A stretch of 64,000 bases of DNA, taken from the NCBI RefSeq assembly GCF_048403405.1, contig NZ_CP183129.1; one strand, 5' to 3'. A program made the position numbers and the translations under genes. The notes under the pieces are model-generated. The model searched no databases and was not told where the DNA came from. It was given only the letters and a program-made list of their open reading frames with translations. Numbering within the stretch: the stretch's first letter is position 1; the number at the start of each line of letters is the position of its first letter. The stretch comes from Escherichia coli (GTDB taxonomy: Bacteria > Pseudomonadota > Gammaproteobacteria > Enterobacterales > Enterobacteriaceae). Of this stretch, positions 45,475-63,364 are shown in pieces.

Positions 45475-46980
45475 TCACGAAGCCAGCGATAACCTCTGCT
45501 GCGTATACTCCACTAGCCACTGACTCACACGAGATTGTTGATCCGCATTCAGCCACATGCCTTGTTTTGTGCGACGCCACAGGGCATCGTCGGCACGGCG
45601 GACCCATTCGTGATCCACCAGGTATTTCAGTTCCGCTTCGTAGAACTCATGACCGAAATCCTCCCCGAGGTCGCTTATCGCCCCCGCATTGCCGAGCAGC
45701 AGTTCGCTGTTGCTGCCGTAGGTGCGCGCGTAGTGACGTGCCAGCGATTCGGTCAGGAATGGGTAACGGCGGCGCAGGCGAGCGGCATAATCGTCGCGGT
45801 CGCCTTCAATGGCACCACCCGGCAGCACGCTCTCTTTCGTCCACGCCGGGCCAATACCCTGATAATATGGCGTCAGTTTTTCCAGCGCATGTTCCGCCAG
45901 TTTGCGGTAGGTCGTCAGCTTACCGCCGAATACCGACAGCAGCGGCGCTTTGCCGTTTTCATCATGGATATCAAGCGTGTAATCACGAGTAATAGCCTGC
46001 GGCGAGTCGGACTCATCATCACATAGCGGACGCACGCCGGAGTAGGTCCAGACGATATCGTCCCGGCTTAACTGCTTTTTAAAGTGCGTGTTATACACTT
46101 TCAGCAGGTAATTGATTTCACTCTCTTCAATCTTCACGGCTTTCGGATCACCTTTGTATTCCACATCGGTGGTGCCGATGATGGAAAACTCGTCCATCCA
46201 CGGGATCACGAACACAATACGTTTATCTTCGTTTTGCAGAATGTAGGCTTGCTTCTGGGTATGTACGCGTGGCACTACAATATGGCTGCCTTTGATCAGG
46301 CGAATGCCATAAGGCGAAGGCAGATGCATCCCCTCGTCGAAGAACTGTTTCACCCACGGGCCGGTGGCGTTCACGAGGCCGCGCGCTTGCCAGCTATATT
46401 TTTTGCCGGTATCGATATCTTCCGCTTCCACAATCCACAGGCCGTTTTCGCGGCGAGCAGAAGTGGCACGAGTACGGGTAAGCACTTCACCGCCTTTACG
46501 CACCACCATCTGGGCGTTGGCGAGTACCAGACGGGCGTCGTCTACCCAACAGTCGGAATATTCGAATCCGCGCTTAATTTCCGGTTTTAATACTGAATTT
46601 GCGCCAAAACGCAAACCGGTTGATCCCGGTAGGCTGGTGCGTTTACCCAGATGATCGTACATAAACAGACCAATCCGAATCATCCACGCCGGGCGCAGAT
46701 GCGGACGATGCGGCAGGCGAAAACGCATCGGGAAGGCGATATGCGGGGCCATTTTCAGCAGCACTTCACGTTCAGCCAGCGCCTCGCTGACCAGGCGGAA
46801 TTCATAGTGCTCAAGGTAGCGTAGGCCACCGTGAATGAGTTTTGAACTGGCGGAGGAGGTCGCGCAAGCGAGATCCTGCGCCTCCAGCATCAGCACGGAT
46901 AAACCGCGTCCAGCGGCGTCTGCCGCGATACCAGCACCATTGATGCCGCCACCTATCACAATCAGATCTTTGGTTTCCAT
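45475..46980 (-). CDS. glpD: Aerobic glycerol-3-phosphate dehydrogenase GlpD (501 aa)
   Basis: ORF 45475..46995; native start taken at METKDLIVIGGGINGAGIAADAAGRGL (FAD-binding GxGxxG). Confidence 0.93.
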   Translation of the reverse strand: METKDLIVIGGGINGAGIAADAAGRGLSVLMLEAQDLACATSSASSKLIHGGLRYLEHYEFRLVSEALAEREVLLKMAPHIAFPMRFRLPHRPHLRPAWMIRIGLFMYDHLGKRTSLPGSTGLRFGANSVLKPEIKRGFEYSDCWVDDARLVLANAQMVVRKGGEVLTRTRATSARRENGLWIVEAEDIDTGKKYSWQARGLVNATGPWVKQFFDEGMHLPSPYGIRLIKGSHIVVPRVHTQKQAYILQNEDKRIVFVIPWMDEFSIIGTTDVEYKGDPKAVKIEESEINYLLKVYNTHFKKQLSRDDIVWTYSGVRPLCDDESDSPQAITRDYTLDIHDENGKAPLLSVFGGKLTTYRKLAEHALEKLTPYYQGIGPAWTKESVLPGGAIEGDRDDYAARLRRRYPFLTESLARHYARTYGSNSELLLGNAGAISDLGEDFGHEFYEAELKYLVDHEWVRRADDALWRRTKQGMWLNADQQSRVSQWLVEYTQQRLSLAS

Positions 46981-47013
46981 GCTGCCCTCATTCACTTTCG
47001 TTAAAGCTCATAA

Positions 47014-47031
47014 ATGTTCGTTATCGAACAT
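47014..47031. promoter_or_regulatory. GlpR operator-like perfect palindrome in the glpD-glpE divergent control region
   Basis: atgttcgttatcgaacat (ATGTTCG-TTAT-CGAACAT), matching the glp operator half-site TGTTCGA. Confidence 0.6.
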
Positions 47032-47091
47032 ATTAGCAAAGAATCGCGCTTTAGGTAACATTGAAAAAACATTTTAGAGTGATATGTATAA

Positions 47092-47496
<405 letters not shown>

Positions 47497-47528
47497 CGCT
47501 TTATACTGTCCCCTTTTGTGTGGAATAA

Positions 47529-48371
<843 letters not shown>

Positions 48372-48387
48372 TTCCAGGGATTTATAA

Positions 48388-49146
48388 ATGAAACAAACAC
48401 AACGTCACAACGGTATTATCGAACTGGTTAAACAGCAGGGTTATGTCAGTACCGAGGAACTGGTGGAGCACTTCTCCGTCAGCCCGCAGACTATTCGTCG
48501 CGACCTCAACGAGCTGGCAGAGCAAAACCTGATCCTGCGGCATCATGGCGGCGCGGCGCTGCCTTCCAGTTCGGTTAACACGCCGTGGCACGATCGTAAA
48601 GCCACCCAGACCGAAGAAAAAGAGCGCATCGCCCGCAAAGTGGCGGAGCAAATCCCCAACGGCTCGACGCTGTTTATCGATATCGGCACCACCCCGGAAG
48701 CGGTGGCGCACGCGCTGCTTAATCACAGCAATTTGCGCATTGTCACCAACAATCTCAACGTCGCTAACACGTTGATGGTAAAAGAAGATTTTCGCATTAT
48801 TCTCGCCGGTGGCGAATTACGTAGCCGCGATGGTGGGATCATAGGCGAAGCGACGCTCGATTTTATCTCCCAGTTCCGCCTTGATTTCGGCATTCTGGGG
48901 ATTAGTGGCATCGATAGCGACGGCTCGCTGCTGGAGTTCGATTACCACGAAGTTCGCACCAAACGCGCCATTATTGAGAACTCGCGCCACGTTATGCTGG
49001 TTGTCGATCACTCGAAATTTGGCCGTAACGCGATGGTCAATATGGGCAGTATCAGCATGGTAGATGCCGTCTACACCGACGCCCCGCCGCCAGTAAGCGT
49101 CATGCAGGTGCTGACGGACCATCATATTCAACTGGAGCTGTGCTGA
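48388..49146 (+). CDS. glpR: Glycerol-3-phosphate regulon repressor GlpR (DeoR family)
   Basis: 252 aa; N-terminal HTH VSTEELVEHFSVSPQTIRRDLNEL. Confidence 0.92.
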   Translation: MKQTQRHNGIIELVKQQGYVSTEELVEHFSVSPQTIRRDLNELAEQNLILRHHGGAALPSSSVNTPWHDRKATQTEEKERIARKVAEQIPNGSTLFIDIGTTPEAVAHALLNHSNLRIVTNNLNVANTLMVKEDFRIILAGGELRSRDGGIIGEATLDFISQFRLDFGILGISGIDSDGSLLEFDYHEVRTKRAIIENSRHVMLVVDHSKFGRNAMVNMGSISMVDAVYTDAPPPVSVMQVLTDHHIQLELC

Positions 49147-50726
49147 TCCTGCACGGCTTCCCACGTCAGACCAAAACGCGCCAGGTATTTGCGTAGCCGA
49201 TCTGCGTCGTTGACGCTGGCTTTGCCCTGGCGCGAAACATCAAAAAGCTGGCGACCGGCAGCAGAAAGCGATTTTGCCTGGCGGCAGATAGCGATAACGT
49301 GTTCCAGTTGCAGCCGATCAAAGAGGTCGATGTTTTCTGCCTCAGCGCCCAGCAGTTGCGTAAGCGCGGAGGGACGGCTCTCCTGCCAGTTATAGCGCAG
49401 ACGATTTATCTCATCTTCTACGGTTTCCAGAGTAATGCGCCCGCTATCGGCAAAGGTTGCCATCCGCGTGACGCTGGCAGAAAGTTCGCGAAAGTTACCG
49501 CGCCATGTTGCCTGGGGAGATGTCGCAAAAGCCAGCCAGGCGCGCCGTGCTTCGGTGTTAAAACGCACGCTGTCGCCGGTGAGTGAGGCGTGGCGCTCCA
49601 CTTCATAATCCAGGTTAGGTTCAATATCTTCCTGGCGCTGGCGCAGTCCCGGCAGGGTGAAGGTCCAGAGATTGATCCGCGCGTACAGATCTTCGCGAAA
49701 TTTGCCTTCAGCAACCAGCTGGCGCAAATCGCGCACCGTTCCGGCGATCAGCTGAAAATCACTGCTCACCTGGCGATCGCTGCCAAATGGGTAAAAGGTT
49801 TTCTCTTCAATGGCTTTCAGCAACATCGCCTGTTCGTCTGCGCCCAGTTCGCCAATCTCATCAAGAAACAACATGCCACCGTTGGCGCTGCGTAATAATC
49901 CTTCACGAGATTCCCGCGCCCCGGTAAACGCGCCTTTCACATGACCAAACAGCGTCGACATGGCGGTATCGCCGCGCAGGGTGGCGCAGTTCACTTCTAC
50001 AAATGCGCCGCTAAACTGATGCCGCGCCTGTTTCAATTCAAAGATGCGTCGTGCCAGAAATGACTTGCCCGCCCCGGTCGGGCCGTTGAGCAGGATCGGT
50101 GCGCGGGATTTAATCGCCACTTTTTCGATCTGCTCAATCATGCGGTTGAAGTGGGGGTTACGCGTGGCAATGCCGGATTTGAGGAAATCGAGGGTTTGCT
50201 GGCGTTCCTCGGCAAAGCGGCTGGCGATGGCGTTATAACGGCTTAAATCGAGATCGATAATCGTCACTTCACCTGCGCCGCGCGGTTGTTCTTTTTTGCG
50301 CGGTGGTGAAGATTGTATCAACCGGGCGGGTAGATAACGCGCTTCTGCCAGCAGAAACCAGCAAATCTGCGCGACGTGGGTACCGGTGGTGATGTGAATT
50401 AAATAGTCTTCTTTTTCTGGCTGGAACGCGTAACCACGGGCGAAATCATGCAGGCAGGCGTAAACCTCTTCGAAATCCCACGGGTTATGCAGTTCTATCT
50501 CAACGCCCACCACTTCTGTTTCTGGCGAAACGCTGGCGATATCGCGTTTAAGCGTTTCGAATAGCGAGCGCGAGCGGGCGTCGTGCAATAATTCCAGCCG
50601 ATCGATAACTAACGATTCTTGCTGGCATAGACAGAGTGTCGGACGCCATTTTGACCAGCGCTGACTGCCGCGCCCGGCATAATCCAGCACGGTACCGACA
50701 AAGCCAAAAGCCACTGTTTTACGCAT
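49128..50726 (-). CDS. rtcR: Sigma-54-dependent transcriptional activator RtcR
   Basis: 532 aa; AAA+ sigma-54 interaction domain (LLNGPTGAGKS; GAFTGA); 3' end overlaps the glpR 3' end. Confidence 0.9.
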   Translation of the reverse strand: MRKTVAFGFVGTVLDYAGRGSQRWSKWRPTLCLCQQESLVIDRLELLHDARSRSLFETLKRDIASVSPETEVVGVEIELHNPWDFEEVYACLHDFARGYAFQPEKEDYLIHITTGTHVAQICWFLLAEARYLPARLIQSSPPRKKEQPRGAGEVTIIDLDLSRYNAIASRFAEERQQTLDFLKSGIATRNPHFNRMIEQIEKVAIKSRAPILLNGPTGAGKSFLARRIFELKQARHQFSGAFVEVNCATLRGDTAMSTLFGHVKGAFTGARESREGLLRSANGGMLFLDEIGELGADEQAMLLKAIEEKTFYPFGSDRQVSSDFQLIAGTVRDLRQLVAEGKFREDLYARINLWTFTLPGLRQRQEDIEPNLDYEVERHASLTGDSVRFNTEARRAWLAFATSPQATWRGNFRELSASVTRMATFADSGRITLETVEDEINRLRYNWQESRPSALTQLLGAEAENIDLFDRLQLEHVIAICRQAKSLSAAGRQLFDVSRQGKASVNDADRLRKYLARFGLTWEAVQDQHSSS

Positions 50727-50852
50727 CTTAGATATCCTTATAAAAGACGATATTTCATTATCGGTAAATCGGCTTTGCGGGAAATCTCCGTTTACGGACG
50801 TAAAGATTTAATCTTTTTAGAAACAATAAATTAATCTGCTTATTTAATTTTC

Positions 50853-50868
50853 TGGCACGACGGTTGCA
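50853..50868 (+). promoter_or_regulatory. Sigma-54 (-24/-12) promoter of rtcBA
   Basis: TGGCAC-gacgg-TTGCA matches the sigma-54 consensus TGGCAC-N5-TTGCW; about 37 bp upstream of the rtcB start, divergent from rtcR. Confidence 0.8.
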
Positions 50869-50904
50869 ATTATCAGGACATACCAACGAAAAGAGAAAAA
50901 CAAA

Positions 50905-52131
50905 ATGAATTACGAATTACTGACCACTGAAAATGCCCCGGTAAAAATGTGGACCAAAGGCGTGCCGGTAGAAGCCGATGCGCGTCAGCAACTTATTAAT
51001 ACGGCGAAGATGCCGTTTATTTTCAAACATATTGCGGTAATGCCTGATGTACACCTGGGTAAAGGTTCCACCATTGGTAGCGTGATCCCGACCAAAGGGG
51101 CGATTATTCCGGCGGCGGTGGGCGTGGATATCGGTTGTGGAATGAACGCGCTGCGCACCGCGTTAACGGCGGCTGACCTGCCTGAAAACCTGGCAGAACT
51201 GCGTCAGGCGATTGAAACTGCCGTGCCGCACGGGCGTACTACCGGACGTTGTAAACGTGATAAAGGCGCATGGGAAAATCCGCCTGTTAACGTCGATGCG
51301 AAATGGGCTGAGCTGGAAGCCGGTTATCAGTGGTTAACGCAAAAATATCCCCGTTTCCTTAACACTAACAACTATAAACACCTGGGAACGCTGGGAACGG
51401 GTAACCACTTTATTGAAATCTGCCTTGATGAATCGGACCAGGTGTGGATTATGCTGCACTCCGGTTCACGCGGAATCGGTAATGCCATCGGAACTTACTT
51501 TATCGATCTGGCGCAAAAAGAGATGCAGGAAACGCTTGAAACATTGCCGTCGCGTGATCTGGCGTACTTTATGGAAGGTACGGAATACTTTGATGATTAC
51601 CTGAAAGCCGTGGCCTGGGCGCAGCTTTTTGCCAGCCTTAACCGCGATGCGATGATGGAAAACGTGGTAACGGCGTTGCAGAGCATTACGCAGAAAACGG
51701 TCAGACAGCCACAAACGCTGGCGATGGAAGAGATCAACTGTCACCACAACTATGTGCAAAAAGAACAGCACTTTGGTGAAGAGATCTACGTGACGCGTAA
51801 AGGCGCGGTGTCTGCGCGTGCTGGTCAATATGGAATTATTCCCGGTTCGATGGGGGCGAAGAGCTTTATCGTCCGTGGGCTGGGAAATGAAGAGTCGTTC
51901 TGTTCGTGCAGCCACGGTGCCGGGCGGGTTATGAGCCGTACCAAAGCGAAAAAACTGTTCAGCGTGGAAGATCAAATTCGTGCCACCGCGCATGTGGAAT
52001 GCCGTAAAGATGCCGAAGTGATCGACGAAATCCCGATGGCGTATAAAGATATTGATGCGGTGATGGCGGCACAAAGCGATCTGGTGGAAGTTATCTACAC
52101 CCTGCGTCAGGTGGTGTGCGTAAAAGGATAA
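50905..52131 (+). CDS. rtcB: RNA-splicing ligase RtcB
   Basis: 408 aa; MNYELLTTENAPVKMWTKGVPVEADARQQL; His-rich metal site NCHHNY. Confidence 0.93.
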   Translation: MNYELLTTENAPVKMWTKGVPVEADARQQLINTAKMPFIFKHIAVMPDVHLGKGSTIGSVIPTKGAIIPAAVGVDIGCGMNALRTALTAADLPENLAELRQAIETAVPHGRTTGRCKRDKGAWENPPVNVDAKWAELEAGYQWLTQKYPRFLNTNNYKHLGTLGTGNHFIEICLDESDQVWIMLHSGSRGIGNAIGTYFIDLAQKEMQETLETLPSRDLAYFMEGTEYFDDYLKAVAWAQLFASLNRDAMMENVVTALQSITQKTVRQPQTLAMEEINCHHNYVQKEQHFGEEIYVTRKGAVSARAGQYGIIPGSMGAKSFIVRGLGNEESFCSCSHGAGRVMSRTKAKKLFSVEDQIRATAHVECRKDAEVIDEIPMAYKDIDAVMAAQSDLVEVIYTLRQVVCVKG

Positions 52132-53151
<1,020 letters not shown>

Positions 53152-53163
53152 TATAAAGATGTA

Positions 53164-53189
53164 AGCCGGATCCGACGTATTATCCGGCT
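53164..53189. terminator. Hairpin between convergent rtcA and malT
   Basis: gccggat-ccgacgtattat-atccggc inverted repeat. Confidence 0.45.
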
Positions 53190-53193
53190 AAAC

Positions 53194-55905
<2,712 letters not shown>

Positions 55906-56408
55906 TCACTTCACTGTGGAAAATGAGGAAATATTATTTTTTTTGCGCTTCGTAATTAATGGTTATAAGGTCGGCCAGAAACCTTTCTAATGCAAGCGAT
56001 GACGTTTTTTTATGTGTCTGAATTTGCACTCTGTCACAATTCCAAATATTTATTAATGACTCACCTAAAACGACGCTGATACAGCGTGAATGCTGGGTTG
56101 TACGGTATTTCCCTTATGTTCATCAGATTCATTTAAGCAAGGGTTTCTTTTTCATTCCTGATGAAAGTGCTATCTAAAAAGATGATCTTAATAAATCTAT
56201 TAAGAATGAGATGGAGCACACTGGATATTTTACTTATGAAACTGTTTCACTCCTTTACTTAATTTATAGAGTTACCTTCCGCTTTTTGAAAATACGCAAC
56301 GGCCATTTTTTGCACTTAGATACAGATTTTCTGCGCTGTATGGCATTGATTTGCTGCTAATCCTGTGGTTTGCACTAGCTTTAAGTGGTCGAGATCACAT
56401 TTCCTTGC

Positions 56409-56450
56409 TCATCCCCGCAACTCCTCCCTGCCTAATCCCCCGCAGGATGA
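56409..56450. promoter_or_regulatory. MalT-box motifs in the malPQ promoter
   Basis: ggatgagga (56445-56453) and inverted ctcatcccc (56409-56417) match the MalT box core GGA(T/G)GA; about 70 bp upstream of malP. Confidence 0.5.
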
Positions 56451-56497
56451 GGAAGGTCAACATCGAGCCTGGCAAACTAGCGATAACGTTGTGTTGA

Positions 56498-58915
<2,418 letters not shown>

Positions 58916-58924
58916 GGAAGCTCG

Positions 58925-61006
58925 ATGGAAAGCAAACGTCTGGATAATGCCGCGCTGGCGGCGGGGATTAGCCCCAATTACATCAATGCCCACGGTAAAC
59001 CGCAGTCGATTAGCGCCGAAACCAAACGGCGTTTGCTTGACGCGATGCATCAACGTACCGCCACGAAAGTGGCGGTAACGCCAGTCCCGAATGTCATGGT
59101 TTATACCAGCGGCAAAAAAATGCCGATGGTGGTGGAGGGCAGCGGCGAATATAGCTGGCTGCTGACCACCGAAGAAGGAACGCAGTACAAAGGCCATGTA
59201 ACGGGGGGCAAAGCGTTCAATCTACCGACGAAGCTGCCGGAAGGTTATCACACGCTGACACTCACCCAGGACGACCAGCGCGCGCATTGCCGGGTGATTG
59301 TCGCCCCGAAACGCTGTTACGAACCGCAGGCGTTGCTGAACAAACAAAAGCTGTGGGGTGCCTGCGTTCAGCTTTATACGCTGCGATCGGAAAAAAACTG
59401 GGGTATTGGGGATTTTGGCGATCTCAAAGCGATGCTGGTGGATGTGGCAAAACGTGGCGGGTCGTTCATCGGTCTGAACCCGATTCATGCGCTCTATCCG
59501 GCAAATCCGGAAAGTGCCAGCCCGTATAGCCCGTCTTCTCGCCGTTGGCTGAATGTGATTTATATCGACGTTAACGCCGTTGAAGATTTCCATCTTAGCG
59601 AAGAGGCTCAGGCCTGGTGGAAGTTGCCGACCACGCAACAGACGCTGCAACAGGCGCGGGATGCCGACTGGGTCGATTACTCCACGGTTACCGCCCTAAA
59701 AATGACAGCATTACGAATGGCGTGGAAAGGTTTCGCGCAACGTGATGATGAACAGATGGCCGCGTTTCGCCAGTTTGTTGCAGAGCAAGGCGACAGCCTG
59801 TTCTGGCAGGCGGCGTTTGACGCACTACATGCCCAGCAAGTGAAAGAGGACGAAATGCGCTGGGGCTGGCCTGCATGGCCAGAGATGTATCAGAACGTGG
59901 ATTCACCAGAAGTGCGCCAGTTCTGCGAAGAACATCGTGATGACGTCGATTTTTATCTCTGGTTGCAGTGGCTGGCTTACAGCCAGTTTGCCGCCTGCTG
60001 GGAGATAAGCCAGGGCTATGAAATGCCGATTGGCTTGTATCGTGATCTGGCGGTTGGCGTAGCGGAAGGTGGGGCGGAAACCTGGTGCGACCGTGAACTG
60101 TATTGCCTGAAAGCGTCGGTAGGCGCACCGCCGGATATCCTCGGCCCGTTGGGGCAGAACTGGGGATTGCCGCCAATGGACCCGCATATTATCACCGCGC
60201 GTGCCTATGAACCGTTTATCGAGCTGTTGCGTGCCAATATGCAAAACTGCGGCGCATTACGAATTGACCATGTGATGTCGATGCTGCGTTTGTGGTGGAT
60301 ACCGTATGGCGAGACGGCAGATCAGGGGGCATATGTTCACTATCCGGTGGATGATCTGCTCTCGATTCTGGCACTCGAAAGTAAGCGTCATCGCTGTATG
60401 GTGATTGGTGAAGATCTCGGTACCGTACCGGTAGAGATTGTCGGTAAGCTGCGCAGCAGCGGTGTGTACTCCTACAAAGTGCTCTATTTCGAAAACGACC
60501 ACGAGAAGACATTCCGCTCACCGAAAGCGTACCCAGAGCAGTCGATGGCGGTTGCGGCGACACACGACCTGCCTACGCTACGCGGTTACTGGGAGAGCGG
60601 GGATCTAACGCTGGGCAAAACTCTGGGCCTGTATCCGGATGAAGTGGTACTGCGCGGTCTGTATCAGGATCGCGAACTGGCGAAGCAAGGGCTGCTGGAT
60701 GCACTGCATAAATATGGTTGTCTGCCAAAACGTGCCGGGCATAAGGCATCGTTGATGTCGATGACGCCGACGCTGAACCGTGGTTTGCAGCGCTACATTG
60801 CCGACAGTAACAGTGCTCTGTTAGGACTACAGCCGGAAGACTGGCTGGATATGGCCGAACCGGTGAATATTCCTGGCACCAGTTACCAGTATAAAAACTG
60901 GCGACGCAAGCTTTCCGCAACGCTTGAGGTGATGTTTGCCGATGATGGCGTGAACAAGTTGCTGAAGGATTTGGACAGACGGCGCAGAGCGGCAGCGAAG
61001 AAGTAG
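58925..61006 (+). CDS. malQ: 4-alpha-glucanotransferase (amylomaltase) MalQ
   Basis: 693 aa; MESKRLDNAALAAGISPNYINAHGKPQSIS. Confidence 0.93.
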   Translation: MESKRLDNAALAAGISPNYINAHGKPQSISAETKRRLLDAMHQRTATKVAVTPVPNVMVYTSGKKMPMVVEGSGEYSWLLTTEEGTQYKGHVTGGKAFNLPTKLPEGYHTLTLTQDDQRAHCRVIVAPKRCYEPQALLNKQKLWGACVQLYTLRSEKNWGIGDFGDLKAMLVDVAKRGGSFIGLNPIHALYPANPESASPYSPSSRRWLNVIYIDVNAVEDFHLSEEAQAWWKLPTTQQTLQQARDADWVDYSTVTALKMTALRMAWKGFAQRDDEQMAAFRQFVAEQGDSLFWQAAFDALHAQQVKEDEMRWGWPAWPEMYQNVDSPEVRQFCEEHRDDVDFYLWLQWLAYSQFAACWEISQGYEMPIGLYRDLAVGVAEGGAETWCDRELYCLKASVGAPPDILGPLGQNWGLPPMDPHIITARAYEPFIELLRANMQNCGALRIDHVMSMLRLWWIPYGETADQGAYVHYPVDDLLSILALESKRHRCMVIGEDLGTVPVEIVGKLRSSGVYSYKVLYFENDHEKTFRSPKAYPEQSMAVAATHDLPTLRGYWESGDLTLGKTLGLYPDEVVLRGLYQDRELAKQGLLDALHKYGCLPKRAGHKASLMSMTPTLNRGLQRYIADSNSALLGLQPEDWLDMAEPVNIPGTSYQYKNWRRKLSATLEVMFADDGVNKLLKDLDRRRRAAAKK

Positions 61007-61020
61007 TAGGGTGCGGTTGA

Positions 61021-61045
61021 TGCCGGATGCGATGCATCCGGCAGT
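61021..61045. terminator. REP-like bidirectional terminator hairpin between malQ and gntT
   Basis: gccggatgc-gatgcatccggc hairpin. Confidence 0.5.
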
Positions 61046-61053
61046 CAGTGTTA

Positions 61054-62370
61054 TCAAATCACCATATTCAGCAGCAGACAGCCTACCAGACCGCACACCG
61101 AGATAATGGTTTCCAGCATCGACCAGGATTTGATGGTCTCGCCGATAGTCAGGTTAAAGTACTCTTTGAACAGCCAGAAGCCCGGATCGTTCACGTGAGA
61201 GAAAATCACACTACCGGAACCAACCGCAATAACCATCAGCTCCGGGCTAACACCCGTCGTTGCAATCAGCGGTGCCGCGATACCACCCGCAGTGATTGCC
61301 GCAACGGTTGCGGAACCCAGCGCGATACGCAGTACGGCAGCAATCGACCAGGCCATCAGCAGCGGAGAAATGTTGGTTTCGTGCATCATGGAAGCAATGT
61401 ATTTGTCCACGCCGCTGTCTACCAGCACCTGCTTGAACGCACCGCCACCACCGATAATCAACAGCATCATCGCAATGATTTTGATGGAAGAAACCAGCGT
61501 GTCGTTAATCTGATCCATTGAACGACCACGGTTCAGACCAAAGGTGAACATCGCAATCAGTACGGCAATCAGCGTAGCCATTACTGGGTCACCGAGGAAC
61601 TCCGCTACCGGCAGGAAAGCGTGACCTTTCGGCAGGATCATTTCGGCAATCGCACGCATCGCCATCAGTACAACCGGCACCAGAGAGGTCCAGACGCTGA
61701 CGCCAAAACTCGGCATCTCTTCTTCGCTGAAGGTTTTCGCGCTGTAGAGACCTTCCGGAATTGGCTTATCGATACCTTTCAACACGCGAGCGTAAACCGG
61801 ACCGGCGAGAATCACGGTCGGGATTGCCAGAATAGTACCGTACAGCAGGGTTTTACCCATATCGGCATTGAAAATGGTGGCAATCGCAGTCGGACCCGGA
61901 TGCGGTGGCAGGAAGCCGTGGGTCACAGACAGTGCAGCCGCCATTGGTACACCAACATACAGCAGTGGAATATTCGCGGAAGCCGCGATGGTAAACACCA
62001 GCGGCAGCATCAGCACGAAACCCACTTCATAGAACAGGGCAAAACCAACGGTAAAACCGGTCAGTACCACCGCCCACTGGATGTGTTTTTTACCAAATTT
62101 AGCAATCAGCGTGGTGGCGATACGTTGTGCGCCACCGCAGTCTGCCAGCATTTTGCCCAGCATCGCGCCAAAACCCATGATCAGGGCAAGGCTACCGAGC
62201 GTCCCGCCGACACCGGCTTTGATGGAGCCAATAACTTTATCCAGCGGCATTCCTTGCATTAATCCAACAGCAAGCGCCACGAGGACGAGAGCGATGAAGC
62301 CGTTCATTTTGAAACGGATCATCAGGAGCAACAACAAGATTACACCGATAGCAACAATGACTAATGGCAT
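61054..62370 (-). CDS. gntT: High-affinity gluconate transporter GntT (GntP family)
   Basis: 438 aa; MPLVIVAIGVILLLLLMIRFKMNGFIALVLVALAVGLMQGMPLDKV; paralogous to GntU. Confidence 0.92.
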   Translation of the reverse strand: MPLVIVAIGVILLLLLMIRFKMNGFIALVLVALAVGLMQGMPLDKVIGSIKAGVGGTLGSLALIMGFGAMLGKMLADCGGAQRIATTLIAKFGKKHIQWAVVLTGFTVGFALFYEVGFVLMLPLVFTIAASANIPLLYVGVPMAAALSVTHGFLPPHPGPTAIATIFNADMGKTLLYGTILAIPTVILAGPVYARVLKGIDKPIPEGLYSAKTFSEEEMPSFGVSVWTSLVPVVLMAMRAIAEMILPKGHAFLPVAEFLGDPVMATLIAVLIAMFTFGLNRGRSMDQINDTLVSSIKIIAMMLLIIGGGGAFKQVLVDSGVDKYIASMMHETNISPLLMAWSIAAVLRIALGSATVAAITAGGIAAPLIATTGVSPELMVIAVGSGSVIFSHVNDPGFWLFKEYFNLTIGETIKSWSMLETIISVCGLVGCLLLNMVI

Positions 62371-62525
62371 GATTTACCTGGCCTTTCATTTGTTATGGGT
62401 AACGTCAATTTTCTGACGACAAACTCTAATTATCCCAATCGGGAACAGAGATATTGCGGCACCACGACTGATACCCACTAAAACTAATTATTGTAGTCAG
62501 ATGTCAGGAGTATGTTTGGTACCCA

Positions 62526-62546
62526 CGTGAATGATACGGGTAACAT
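62526..62546 (-). promoter_or_regulatory. GntR operator in the gntT promoter
   Basis: Minus-strand atgttacccgtatcattcac matches the GntR operator ATGTTACCCGTATCAT; a second near-palindrome tgttatgggtaacg lies at 62391-62404. Confidence 0.65.
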
Positions 62547-62674
62547 CCGGCGTTTGAGAATCACCAGAGCGGGGTAAATTTAAATTATGAGAGGTTGGTC
62601 ATATTATCGCGGGGAAACGAAGGGAAGGGGTTGCCAAAGCAATGCTGCGCCAACGTCTGGCTCATGTTCAACGT

Positions 62675-62730
<56 letters not shown>

Positions 62731-63306
62731 TTAGTAGTAGGAGTGCTCGCCGCGCTGGTGTTCGGTGAGATCGCGCACACCTTTCAGCTCCGGGAATTCG
62801 TTCAGCAGCTGCTTCTCGATCCCTTCTTTCAGCGTCACATCTACCATGGAACAACCGTTACAGCCGCCGCCAAATTGCAGAATGGCGTAACCGTCTTCGG
62901 TGATTTCCATCAGCGAAACGCGACCACCGTGACCAGCAAGCTGTGGGTTGATCTGCGACTGCAGCATATACTCCACGCGCTCCATCAGCGGTGCATCGTC
63001 TGCGACTTTACGCATTTTGGCGTTAGGCGCTTTCAGCGTTAACTGGGAACCCAACTGGTCTGTAACAAAGTCGATCTCTGCATCTTCCAGGTAAGGAGCG
63101 CTTAACTCATCAACATACGCGGTCAGCAGGTCAAATTTCAGGGCAGTGTCGGTGGCTTCTACAGCGTCCGGCGGACAATAAGAAACGCCACATTCAGCGT
63201 TAGGCGTGCCAGGGTTAATCACAAATACGCGGATTTGTGTCCCTTCTTCCTGATTTGCCAGCAGTTTGGCAAAGTGCGCTTGTGCAGCATCGGAAATACG
63301 GATCAT
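62731..63306 (-). CDS. nfuA: Fe-S cluster carrier protein NfuA
   Basis: 191 aa; [16 protein letters not shown]...; Nfu CxxC motif [15 protein letters not shown]. Confidence 0.93.
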
Positions 63307-63364
63307 AGTAATGGCCTAATAGTTGACTATTTTAGTTGGTTATAATACGCCCATCATCGAGGCT

